The notes beneath the pieces are model-generated. The model worked only from the letters and a program-made list of their open reading frames with translations, did no database searches and was not told where the DNA came from. This document shows, in pieces, positions 35,488-47,737 of a DNA stretch of 64,000 nucleotides. The DNA lies in the NCBI RefSeq assembly GCF_963921235.1, contig NC_086108.1, forward strand, positions 106,518,001 through 106,582,000, in the 5' to 3' direction. Made by a program: the position numbers and the translations under genes. The DNA is from Mobula hypostoma. Its lineage: Eukaryota. Each line of letters starts with the position of its first letter. Position 1 is the stretch's first letter.

Positions 35488-38200
35488 GACCATAAGACCG
35501 TAAGATATTGGAGCAGAATTAAGCCATTTGGCCCATTGTGTCTGCTCTGCCATTTCACCATTGTTGATCCAATTTTCCTCTCAGCCCCAATCTCCTGCCT
35601 TCTCCCCGTATCCCTTCATGCCCTGACCCATCAAAAATTTATCAATCTCTGCCTAAAAATATACAGAAAGACTTGGCCTCCACAGCTGCCCGTGACAAAC
35701 AATTCCTCAGATTCAGCACCCTCTGGCTAAAGAAGTTTCTCTTAATCTCTGTTCTAAAAGGGTGCCCCTCTATTCTGAGGCTCTGTCCTCAGGTATTAGA
35801 CTCTCCCACAATAGGAAACATTCTTTTTATGCTTTTTCAGTTTATCCGCTATTTTGTTGTCCCCCATTACTACCTCTTCAGTATCATTTTCCAGCGGTCC
35901 AATGTCCACTCTGCATCTCTTTTACACTTTATGTATCTAAAGAATGTTTTGGTATTCTCTTTAATATTATTGGCTAGCTTACTTTTGTATTACATCTTCA
36001 CCTTCTTAATGACTTTTTTAAGTTGTCTTCTGTTGGTTTTTAAAAGCTTCCAATCCTTTAACTTCCTACTAAACTTTGGTCTATTGTATTCCCTCCCTTT
36101 GGCTTTTATGTTGGCTTTGACTTCTCTTGTTAGCCATAGTTATGTCAACTTTCCTTTAGAATATTTCTTCTGTTTGGGCTTCTCTAGTGGGCTCAAGCAC
36201 ATATTGCTCTAAAAAGCCATCTTGTGGGCATCTAGAAATTTCTACTCCTGGAATCCAGCACCAACCTGATTCTCCCAATCTACCTGTATATTGAAATCCC
36301 CCATGAGTATTGTAACATTATCCTTTTGACATGCATTTTCTTTCATTGTAATTTGTAGACAACATCCTTACTACTGTTTGGGGGTCTGAATTCAACTCCC
36401 ATCAGGGTCTTTTCACCTTTATAATTCCTTAGCACTATCCACAATGATTCAACAACTTCTGACCCTTTGTCACCCCTCTTTCTAAGGAATTCATTTCATT
36501 TCTTTTTACTAACGGAGTAATGCCACCCCTTCTGCCTTCCTGCCTGTCCTTTTGATACAATGTGTATCCTTGGACATTAAGATCCCAGCTATAATCTTCT
36601 TTCAGCAGGATTCCATGATGCCTACAACATCATACCTGCCAATTTGCAACTGTGCTGCAACCTCATCTTCCTTATTCGGTATACTGTGCACATTCAGATA
36701 CAACACCTTCAGTCCTGTATTCACTCTTTTTGATTTTGACGCACCATGCTCAACCTTTAGATTCCTAACTTTGTCTGGGGCTTTACCAATATCTCCTCCA
36801 CAACCTCTCCACAAACTGTCCTGGCACTCTGGTTCCCATCCCCCTGCAACTCTAGTTTAAACCCCACCACTGAGCACTAACAAAACTTCCCACTAGGATA
36901 TTAGTCCTCTCCAGTTCAGGTGCTAACTGGTCCTTCAGTACAGGTCCCACCTTCCCTGGAAGAGAGCCCAATGATCCAAAAATCTTATGCCTTCCCTCCT
37001 ACACTAACTCCTTAGCCACATATTAAACTGTATAATCTTCCAGTCCTGAGATCACAGCCCTGGAGGTCCTTCCCTGTAACTTAGCACTTAACTCCCTGAA
37101 CTCTCAATGTAGAACCTCATCACTCATCCTACTCGTTTCATTGAAACCTGCATGGAGGCTGCTCACCCTCCCACTTAAGAATGCTGAGGACTCGATCCAA
37201 GATATCCCAGACCCTAGTACTCGGGAGGCAACATATCATCCAAGAATCTCGTTCTCACCCACAGAACCTCCTGTCCATTGCACTAACTAACAAAATCCCC
37301 TATCACCACAGTGTGGCTCATTTTCCCCATTCCCAGCTGAGTCACGGAGGCAGGGCAGATTCAGTGCCAGAGACCCGACCACTGTGACTTTCCTCTGCAA
37401 GAGAAAATCTACAGATGCTGGCAATCCGAGCAACACACACAAACTGCTGGAGGAACTCAGCATCTATGGAAAAAGTACAGTCAACATTTTGGGCTGAGAC
37501 CCTTCGACAGGACTGGGCCAGAAACATCGACTGTACTTTTTTTCCATAGATGCTGCCTGGCCTGCTGAGTTCCTCCAGCATCCTGTGTGTGTTGCCTTGA
37601 TTTTCCTCTGTTAGGTATTCCTCTCTGATAGTATCCAAAGTGATGTACCTGTTGCAGAGGGGGATGGACACAGGGGTACTCTGAAGTGGCTCCTTAACCT
37701 CTTTCCCCTTCCTGACTGTCACCCAGTTTCCTGTGTCCTGCATCTTGGGTGTACCTACCCCTCCATATGTCTATCACCCTTTCAGCCTCCCGAATGATAC
37801 AGAGTTCATCCATTTCCAGCTCCACCTCGATTGGTTTGAAGCCGTAGCTGGGCGTTCCTCTTGCAGTTGTAGTGGTCAGGGACACTGAAGGTGTCCCTGC
37901 CTTCCCACATCCCACAAGAGGAGCATTCCAGAATCCTGCCTGTCAGCTCTACCTAGATGAACAGGTATAAAGAAGAGAAGGAAAAAAACTTGAGCTTTTC
38001 TTCCCCTGAGTGAAGCTTCTCTTTGCTGAAGCCTTGAAGAGCTAAAGCCTTAAGATCACTACTCTAACTGTGCCCACTCAGACGATGGCTGCTGCACTTG
38101 CCCCTGCCTTCCTTTAGTTTGCTTTTACTAATTAATCCCAAATGCCAACTGGCTGCTGGGCAAAGCTCTATCATGCTCCCATGATCCGCTCCTGCCTTTT
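35488..38200 (-). mobile_element. Decayed CR1 copies (3' UTR, APE, ORF1, 5' UTR)
   Basis: CATAAGAC tail at ~35490; LKVLYLNVHSI and GIMES (36602..36814); ORF1-like GNWVTVRKG (37342..37743). Confidence 0.8.
37398..37597. mobile_element. Penelope-derived fold-back insertion with 13-bp TSD
   Basis: TGACTTTCCTCTG (37385-37397) / TGATTTTCCTCTG (37598-37610); inverted arms meet at a hammerhead-like segment. Confidence 0.82.
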
Positions 38201-38299
38201 ACCTTCGGGTGGTGGACCTGCCTCTCCAAGCTTCCGATGTCCTGATTGACTGCTGGGCAAAGCTCCATATCTTACATGACAAAATCCCCCAGGAAATAT

Positions 38300-38910
38300 T
38301 ATAAGTTACTGTATGTTCTTATACGAGGATCAGCTACTTTAAATTCCTTGTTGTTATCATTGAGAGGATTTGTGCTGGGCCCAGCATATAAGTGCAATTA
38401 CAAAGAAAGCACCACAGTACTTCTACTTAGTTAGAAGTTTGCAAACATTTGGCATGTCACCTACGATTTTGACAATCTTCTAAAGATGTGTGGTGGAGAG
38501 TATATTGACTGTTTGCATCACAGCTTGGTATGGAAGCACCAATGCCCTTGTACGGAAAGTCCTACAAAAAGTAATGGATACGGGCCAGTCCATCACGGAT
38601 AAAGCCTTTCCCACTATTGAGCTCATCTATAGGGAGTGCTGTCACAGGAAAGGAGCATCCATCAACAAGGACTCCAACCACCCAGTCCACGCTCTCTCCT
38701 CACTGCTGCCAACAGGAATGAGATACAGGCACCTCAGGACCCACACCAACATGTTCAGGAACAGTTATTACCCCTCAACCATCAGATTCTTGAACCAGTG
38801 GAAATAACTTCATTCAATTTCACTCAACCCATCACTGAATTGTTCCCACAAACTCTGGACCCACTTTCAAGGAAGCTTCCCCTCAAGTTCTCAATATTTA
38901 CTGCTTATTA
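38300..38910 (+). mobile_element. Rex1/Babar-type 3' fragment
   Basis: ORF 38490..38807 VESILTVCITAWYG...HPVHALSSLLPTG...FRNSYYP. Confidence 0.85.
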
Positions 38911-38929
38911 AAACCTTTCTCCTAGCTAC

Positions 38930-40925
38930 ACTGGAACCTTTCCAGTTGGCTTCTCACTCCATTTGATCCACGGATGATGCAATAGCCTCTGCCCTCCACT
39001 CTGTCCTGTCCCACCTGGAAAATAGGGTATCATATGCCAGACTGCTGTTCATAGATTTTTCAGTTCGGCGTTCAACACCTTCATACTCCAGTAACTGGTG
39101 GGGAAACTGTCCTCGGTGCGTCCCAATACCTCCCTCTACAATTGGATATTGAACTTCTTAACAGTAAGGCCACAGTCAGTCTGTGTTGGCAGCCACGTCT
39201 CTCGTCCCATTATGCCGAGTACTGGCGCTCCCAAAGGCTGTGTCCTCAGCCCGCTGCTGTTCACTCTGCTAACACATGACTGTACTGCAAGATTCAGCTC
39301 GAACTGTGTCATTGAGTTTGTGGATGACACAACAATGGTGGCCTTCTCAAGAACAGTGACGAGACGGGGTATAGAGAGGAAGCGGAGCGGCTGGTGGATT
39401 GGTGTGAGAAGAGCAACCTTAGCCTGAAAGTGGCGAAGACAAGGGAAATCATTGTGGACTTCAGGAGGATGCAGACAAACCATATCTCTCTGTGAATACA
39501 TGTCTCCTCCTTAGAGAGAGTAAGTGCACTAAGTTCCTGGGAGTTCACATTATGGATGGCCTCACTGGTCCCTTAATATGACCTCCCTGAACAAGAAGAC
39601 ACAGTGGTGCCTCCACTTCCTAAGAAGATTGAGACAGGCAAGGCTCCCCCCACCCTCATCTTAACTGCGTTTTACAAGAGCACCACTGAGACCATCCTGA
39701 CAAGTTGCATCTCTATCTGGTCTAGCAGCAGTCGAGCGTCGGACCTGAAGTCCCTACAAAGGGCTGTGAGAACAGCTGAGAGGATCATAAGAGGTCTCCC
39801 TATCATCCATCGGAGACATTTATCAGGAGCGCTGCATTCACAGAGCCATTAGTATTAGAATCCCTCCTATCCATCCAGCATCCTCTTTGACTTTCTACCA
39901 TCAGGCAAGAGACTATGATGCTTAAAAACAAGAACTGTTAAGATGAGGAACAGTTTCTTCCCCCAGGCCATAATGCTTCCGATCACCCAGCCGCATCATA
40001 ATTGAAGTGTCACTGGTTAATCTGTTCTGTACTTCTACGATATTTAATAATAATGCACTTTAGTTTGTTATTTATGTGTGATTCATCTGTAGATGCTATT
40101 CCTATTTTCATAAGTTATCATGTGTTATGTGTCGTATGTGTACTATTGTGCTTTACGCCCTGGTTCGGAAAAATGCCATCTCATTTCTATATATATTATA
40201 TGGCAGACATCCCACCTCTCCCGGAAGTTCCGGGAGTCTCCCGCATATTGATAGCAGCTGCCTGATGCCCAGAAATTATATACAATATCCCGCAAATTGA
40301 TTTTTTTGAGAGGGAGAGGGAGAGCGAACATCCTGATTGGTCTCTCTTCGTGCTAAGTAGAGCTATCAGTTTTCTCTGTGGGCGGGCTTTACAGTCGACC
40401 TCAAAAATAATGACAGTGTTGCTCGCTGCACTGTTTGCAACAGTGACTTTACTATTGCCCATGGCGGGTTAAAGTGTAAAAGACATGTTGAGGTGAGTTT
40501 AACAGGTGTCATTCGTTCATTAGCACAGTTAACGTTATTTAAACTAGCTGGCTGGCTGCTGAGGAGCTACTCTATTGATGTCCTACGTGATGATGCCAAA
40601 CTCCCTGAAGACTTGCTTAAAGTTGTAATAGAATAAACATGATAATATAATATAATATATGTACATATTTTAATGCCACATTTTCTGCATATATACAACT
40701 TGGTTTACAGATTAGACAAAATCACTAAACAAAGTATTGCATGCACCCATGGATGTCGACCGGGGGGTGGGGGGTGGATATGGGGTTGCGGGGCGGGGGT
40801 GTTACCTTCCTGAAATGGTGGAGTTACCTTACCTGAAATGAATTTTTGCAGGGTGGGATGTCTGATATGGTTATATACGTTATATGCATGTATGTAGTTA
40901 AATGACAATAAACTGCACCTGACTG
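38930..40925 (+). mobile_element. Rex1/Babar-type RT fragment + 3' UTR (split by a DNA transposon)
   Basis: ORF 39098..39427 [28 protein letters not shown]; ends AATGACAATAAA at ~40901-40912. Confidence 0.85.
40204..40864. mobile_element. Non-autonomous DNA transposon, 13-bp TIR, 6-bp TSD (hAT-like)
   Basis: CAGACATCCCACC...GGTGGGATGTCTG; ATATGG at 40198-40203 and 40865-40870. Confidence 0.88.
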
Positions 40926-41989
40926 GACATATTTTTATTATTATTATTATCTTTCTTTTTGTATTAGCACTGTTTGTTCTTTTTTGCACATTGTTTGCCA
41001 CTTCTCTTGGGTGCGGTCCTTCACTGATTTTATTGTGTTTCTTATATTTACTGTTGTAGGATTTTGTGAATAGAACACGCGAGGGTTATTTTATGTGCTT
41101 AACAAAAGTTGCAGCCCTTTACATCCATTACAAACAAGCCAAAAGCAGTCACCTTACACCATCATTATGTCAGACACTGTCCCTTAAAGTAAACAATTCA
41201 GTGATGGTTTTCGCGAATTATGCAGGACTGTTTCTATTAAGAACTATGTGTCGTCTGTCACCCATTACATTACTCTATACAGTGATTGCTCACAATGAAA
41301 TGAATCTCAGAGTTGTGGTATATTTGGTGAATTATGTGTACTTTCAACTTTGAACTATTGATTGCACTATTGACTACATATCTGTCCATCTCTGTTTCTA
41401 TCCATCTCTATTGATTCCACTGTTGACTACAAACCCATCAGTCTCTGTTTTAAACATGTGACTCCTTATCCTGGGACTACATTTCTGAGTTCTAGATTGT
41501 TCAAACAGGAGAAACATACTCCTAGTATCTGCCCTGAAAAATCCCAGCAGGACCTTATTCACCTCAATAAGATTGATTTTTGTTCTCTGAAACTCCAGTG
41601 GGCCTAAACTGCTCATTTTTTTTCATAAGAAAGCTCTTAACCCCAGGAATGAGACAATTGGATCTGCCTTGCACTCCTTTCTCCAATAATGAGATGAAAC
41701 TGGTATACATTTCTACAGGTGTGATCTTGCCAAGAATTCCTGACTCTGGTACTCAATTCCCTAGATATACTCAATCTTGACCTTGATTATATTTAATAAT
41801 CCAGCCTCCACAGCTCTCTGGGGTAGGGAATTTCAAATATTTACAGTCCTTTGAGGAAAGAAATTCCTCATCATTTCCATCTTATATTACTGACCTGAGT
41901 TCAATCTGCTCCATCTGTCTTTCCAGCATTTTCTGTTTTCATTTAAACCTGTTGAAATCTTGAGAGGATAAAAATAACTTACATTTACA

Positions 41990-42552
41990 CACAATGGCAA
42001 TCTTATTAGGTACCTCCTGTACTGAATAAAGTGGCCACCGAGTGCATGTTTGTGGTCTTCTGTAGCCCATCCACTTCATGGTTTGATGTGTTGTGTGTTT
42101 AGAGATGATATTCTGCACAACACTGCTGTAATGCATGGTTATTTGAGTTACTGTCACCATCCTGTCAGCTTGAACCAGGTTGGCCATTCTCCTCTGATCT
42201 CTCTCATTAACAAGGTGTTTTTACTTGCAGAACTGCTACTCACTGGACGTTCTTTTTTTTCGCTTTTCACACCATTCTCTGTAAACTCAAGAGACTGGTG
42301 TGCATGAAAATCCCAGGAGATCAGCTGTTTCTGAGGTGCTCAAACCACCCCATCAGACACCAATAATCATTCCACGGTCAAAGTCACTTACATCACATTT
42401 CTTCCCCATTCTGATGTTTGGTCTGAATAACAACTGAACCTCTTGAACACGTCTCCATGCTTTTATACATTGAGTTGCTGCCACATGGTTGACTGATTAG
42501 ACATTTGCATTGATGAGCAGGTGGAAAAAATACCTAATAAGGTGGCTACTCT
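41990..42552 (-). mobile_element. Tc1/mariner deletion derivative
   Basis: Inverted ends TTATTAGGTA / TACCTAATAA; ORF 41939..42187 LVQADRMVTVTQIT...MGYRRP resembles the Tc1 HTH region. Confidence 0.78.
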
Positions 42553-42574
42553 GGTCAGAATTGCTGTGGCCAGT

Positions 42575-43320
42575 GAATTAAATGAATGAATTGACTTTAT
42601 TTCTTATACCCTTCACATACATGAGGAGTAAAATCCTTTATGTTATGTCTCCATCTGAATGTGCAATGTGCAAATTATAGTAATTTGTAATAAATAGTAT
42701 GTACAATAAGATATACAACAGAATGGTCAATATATCTTAGAAGTACAATTGTGTCAGTATGAATTAATCAGTCTGATGGCCTGGTGGAAGAAGCTGTCCC
42801 GAAACCTATTGGTCCTGGCTTTAATGCTGCAGTACAATTTCCCGGATGGTAGCAGCTGGAACATTTTGTGTTTGGAGTGACTTGGCTCCCCAAAGATCCT
42901 TCAGTCCTTTTTTATGCACTTGTCTTTGTAAATATCCTGAATAGTGAGAAATTCACACCCACAGATGCTCTGGGCTGTCCGCACCACTCTCCGCAGAGTC
43001 CTGCGATTGGGGGAGGTACAGTTCCAATCCCAGACAGTGATGCAGGCAGTTAGGATGCTCTAAATTGTGCCCCTGTAGAAAGTCGTTAGGATTTGGGGAC
43101 TCATGCTGAACTTCTTCAATCATCTGAAGTGAAAGAGGTGCTGTTGTACTTTTTTCACCACACAGCCGGTACGTGCAGACCAAGTGAGATCCTCAGTGAT
43201 GTGCATACCGAGGAGCTTGAAGCTGCTCACTTTCTCAACTCCAGACCCATTGACGGCAATAGGGGTGAGCCTGTCTCCATTCCTTCTCTAGTCCACAACC
43301 AGCTGTTTTGTTTTTGAATG
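42575..43320 (-). mobile_element. Rex1/Babar-type 3' fragment
   Basis: Reverse-strand FKLLG-like segment and 3' UTR ending AATAAAGTCAATTCATTCA. Confidence 0.7.
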
Positions 43321-44758
43321 GCAATTGCTTGTTGAAATCAAATCAAATTATGTCCTTCTTTCATTCTTGAACCTTTTTAAAAGCAGAATATTCTATGTGC
43401 CAAAAGGAATCTACTGGAGGAACTCAGTGGGTCAGGCAACATCTGTGGATGCAAAGGGATAATGGATGTTTTAGGTAGAGACCCTGGAACGGGGCACTTG
43501 TACCCAAGATGAAGGACCAAAGACCTCAGCCTCAGAATACAAAGAGGTTTAAAGTTCAAAGCAAATATATTGTCAAAGTACCTACATGTCACCATATACA
43601 ACCCTCAGATTTATTTTCTTGTGGGCACATTCCATAAATCTATAGCATAGTAACCATAACAGAATCAATGAAAGACCACCCAATGAGGGTGTTCAACCAG
43701 AGTGCAGATGACAACAAACTGCGCAAATACAAAAAGAAAGTGGTGAATCTGTGGAATCTTTTTGTCACAAGCAGCTGCGGAGGCCAAATCTTTCTGTATA
43801 TTTAAGGCAGAGGTTAATAGATTCTTGACTGATCAGGTCAAGAAGGGATAAGGGGAGAAGGCAGGAGATTGAGGCTGAGAGGAAAATTGGATCAGCCATG
43901 ATGGAATGGTGGAACTGGCTTGATGGGCCAAATGGCCTAATTCTGCTCCTATATCTTACGGTTTTATGGAAAGAAATAATAATAGAATAAATAAATAAAT
44001 AATATCAAGAACATGAGATGAAGTGTCCTTGAAAGTGAGTCCATTGGCTGTGGAAAAATTTCAATGATGGGGCAAGTGAAGTTGAGTGAAGTTATCACTT
44101 TTGGTGATTTTGAAGTTATTTCCTTTAGAACAGGCATGAGGAAGAATTTCTTTAGCCAAAGGGTGGAAAATCTGCTTTTATTAATTGCCTCAGATAACTG
44201 TGGAGGCCAAGTTATTGGGTATATTTAAAGTGGAAGAGGTACTAGACTAGTAAGGGTGTCAAAGGTTATGGGGAGAAGGCAAGCGATTGGAGTTGAACGG
44301 GATAATAGAACTGACGTAAATAAATCTCAGAACAGACTTGATGGGCTGAATGGCCTAAATCTGATCTTTTCCTGGAAGACAATGGCTCCAGCTAACAATC
44401 CTCCAGATGGTTCATGAAACTACTTCTTTCACTTCTTTTACGTCTTCTTTTTCTTTCAAATGTGGTCCTGTTACTGTTGGAACTGTTGGATCTACATTCT
44501 GGTGGTGTGTTTTTGGGCTGATAGAGCAATCTGGCATTTTGCAGTCTGAGAGGGTGTTCCACGAGGTGTCAAGTAAAGTGAGTACTCTCGAGGATCAGAA
44601 GCCTGGCTCACGATCAAATCCATTTCTTGTCGATCTCACCGATTAAAGCACAGGGAAAGATTGAAATCATTGAGATGGCTGTGGAAGGTGAACGGGTATT
44701 CAGCACTGTCTACCAGCCTATTGCTCACTGCTACCAGAGGAAGGTGCCTGTATATGAT

Positions 44759-44833
44759 GCTCTCTCTCTCTCTCTCTCCCGCTCTCTCGCTCTCTCTCTC
44801 TCTCTCCCGCTCTCTCACTCTCTCTCTCTCTCT
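44759..44833. repeat. (CT)n microsatellite, imperfect
   Basis: Directly visible. Confidence 0.95.
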
Positions 44834-45552
44834 ATGATTTTCTATGTTCTGTGTTCTATGTTTCTGCCTGTTTATACCCCACTGACCTCATGGAACCGTA
44901 CAGCACAATACAGACCCTTCAGCCCACAAGGATGTGGTGACATTTTAATCCACTCCAAGCTCAATCTAATTTTCCCTCCAACATAGCCCTCCATTTTTCA
45001 TTCATCCATGTGCCTGCCTTTACAAATTCCCAGAAAATTACATTGCAAAGAGACAGTGATGCAGAAGGCATATGGTGTACTCAGTGACACAAGAGATTCT
45101 GGAGATATTGGAACTGCAGAAGAAAACACACTAAATGCTGGAGGAACTCAGCAGGTCAGTCAGCATCTATGGGGGAAATTAAGAGTCAACGTTTTATCTG
45201 GGCTCACCTTCATTAGTGGGCCACACAATGTGATGTTTGTAATGATGTTTTCCAACTTTACAAAACATTACAGCTTCCCCCTCCCTCCCACCCCACTTTT
45301 TCTCCTTAGATACATGTTATAGAGTCTACAGCACAGTAAGATGCCTTTTGACCCATCTAGTCTGTGCCAAACTGTTATTCTGCTAGGTCCATTGACTCAC
45401 ACCCAGAACATAGCCCTCCATACCCCTAAACCATATACTCATGCAAACTTCTCTTTGGATGCATTTGAACCTACATCCACCAGTTCCACTGGCAGCTCAT
45501 TCCACACTCTCACACCCTCTGAATGAAGACGCTCCCTCTCAGCTTCCTCTTA

Positions 45553-45876
45553 AATAGAAACCACAGAAACCATAGAAAAACTACAGCACAGAAACAGGCC
45601 TTTTGGCCCTTCTTGCCTGTGCCGAACCATTTTCTGCCTAGTCCCACTGACTTGCACACGGACCATATCCCTCCATACACCTCCCATCCATGTATCTGTC
45701 CAATTTATTCTTAAATGTTAAAAAAGAACCCGCATTTACCACCTCGTCTGGCAGCTCATTCCATACTCCCACCACTCTCTGTGTGAAGAAGCCCCCCCCC
45801 AATGTTCCTTTTAAACTTTTCCCCCCTCACCCTTAACCCATGTCCTCTGTTTTTTCTCTCCCCTTGCCTCAGTGGA
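45553..45876 (-). mobile_element. Young CR1 3' end (same subfamily as 26288-30523) inserted in an older CR1
   Basis: Near-identical reverse complement of ~30205-30523; AAATA on both flanks. Confidence 0.85.
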
Positions 45877-46057
45877 AGCAAAATATTTCATCTTTCACCC
45901 TTAACCTATAACCTCTGGTTCAAACCTCAACCAACCTCAATGGAAAAAGAAGCTTACATTTATCCTATCTATATCCCTCATAAGTGCATATGCCTTCATC
46001 AAATTTCCCATAATTGCTAATTCAGTGAATAAAGTCCAAACCTATTCAACTTTTCCC

Positions 46058-46392
46058 TATACTCAGTGGTCACTTTACCACTTTACAGCATAAGCATGCA
46101 CCCACCAATCATGTGGCAGCAACTCAATGCATAAAAGAATGCAAACATGGTGAAGAGGTTCAGTTATTGTTCACAGCAAACATCAGAAGGCGGGGGAGAA
46201 ATGAGACTGGTTCAAGCTGACAGGAGGGTAGCAGTAACTGAAATAATCACACGCAATAGCAAAAGAACCATCCTGGTCTGCACAATACATCGAAGAGGAC
46301 GGGCTGCGGCAACAGAAGGTTACAAACATGCACTCAGAGGCCACTTTATTAAGTACAGGAGATGCCTAATAAAGTGGACACTGGGTATGTAA
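46058..46392 (+). mobile_element. Tc1 MITE-like derivative
   Basis: TATACTCAGTGGTCACTTTA...TAAAGTGGACACTGGGTATGTA; internal RLVQADRRVAVTEIIT. Confidence 0.72.
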
Positions 46393-47737
46393 CTCAGGGC
46401 CTCAAGTCCAGACAACCTCCTTGTGGTTTTTCCTCTGTCCTCTTTCAAACTTCTTGATGTCCTTCCTCTTGGTTTGCACTCGCATATCAGGAATATTTGG
46501 AGACAGTTCAGAGGGTGAGGTTTGAGTTTTATAACCTCAGGTGGTTACACAGATATGGGTTTGTGAGTGACGATTTGGCAGATAGAGTGTCCTGCTATTT
46601 CTGCATCAATGACCCAAACACAGGCAAATTATAATTCAACACGGCTGTTCCATAGTTATGTAGTGTTAAACCATATTAAGTAACAGCTGTCTCCAAATTA
46701 CTACACAAGTCCCCTGATGCCTGAATGGCTATTCATCGCCATTCCCTCTCCAGTCGGGGATGCATTCCATGCTGGAAGCCATCAAGAACATAACTGGAAG
46801 CATTCAGTGGAGATGTACACAGGGCAAACACAGTCAGACAAGGTGATCCGACCAAACTCTTCGTGTATTAGAAGCGCAGAGAGTTTACGGTAAACAATCT
46901 GTGCCAACAACCTCTTGGTGAGGCAGAGGTTGCTGGGACAGATTGTTAAATGCAGCATGTGCCAAAAACCTCTTGGGAGTTGTCGAGACATATTAGAGGC
47001 CCAATGTGTAAACTGTCATGTTGGGACTGAAATCTGTTCCTTTCACACTAGTGAATATAGGGAGAGAAGACCATAAGACCTTAATATACAGGAGCAGAAT
47101 TAGGCCATTCAGCCCATTAAGTCTGCTCTGCCATTTCATCATGGCTGATTTGTCATCCCCATCCCCATTAACCAATTTCCCCCGGGATCAATGAAGTATG
47201 ACTATGACTATGACTACTATCAACTCTATTCTCTTGCCTTCTCCCTGTAAACTTTGACACCCTGACTCATGAAGAACCTATCAATGTCTGCTATAAGTAC
47301 TATCAATGATTGGCCTCCACAGGATTCATTACACTCTGGCTAAAGAAATTCCTCCTCTTCTCTGTTTCAAATGGATGTGCTATTCTAAGGCTGTTATCTT
47401 TGGTTCTGGACTCTCCCACTGTTGCATCCACTCTATTTTGGCCACTTTCAATATTCAATAGGTTTCAATGAAATCTCTCTTCATTCTTCTAAACTCCAGC
47501 AAGTACAGGCCCAGAGCTATGAAATGCATTTCATATCTTCATTTGTTATGTGCTACGTTATATGACATGGGCAACCATGGTCTTTTCATGATTGTGATTG
47601 TTCTTGGAAAATTTTTCGACAGAATTGGTTTGCCCTTGCCTTCATCTGGGCAGTGTCTTTACTAGACCGATGACTCCAACCATTATCAATACTCTTCAAA
47701 GATTGTCTGCCCTGGTGTAAGTGGTTGCATAGCCAGG

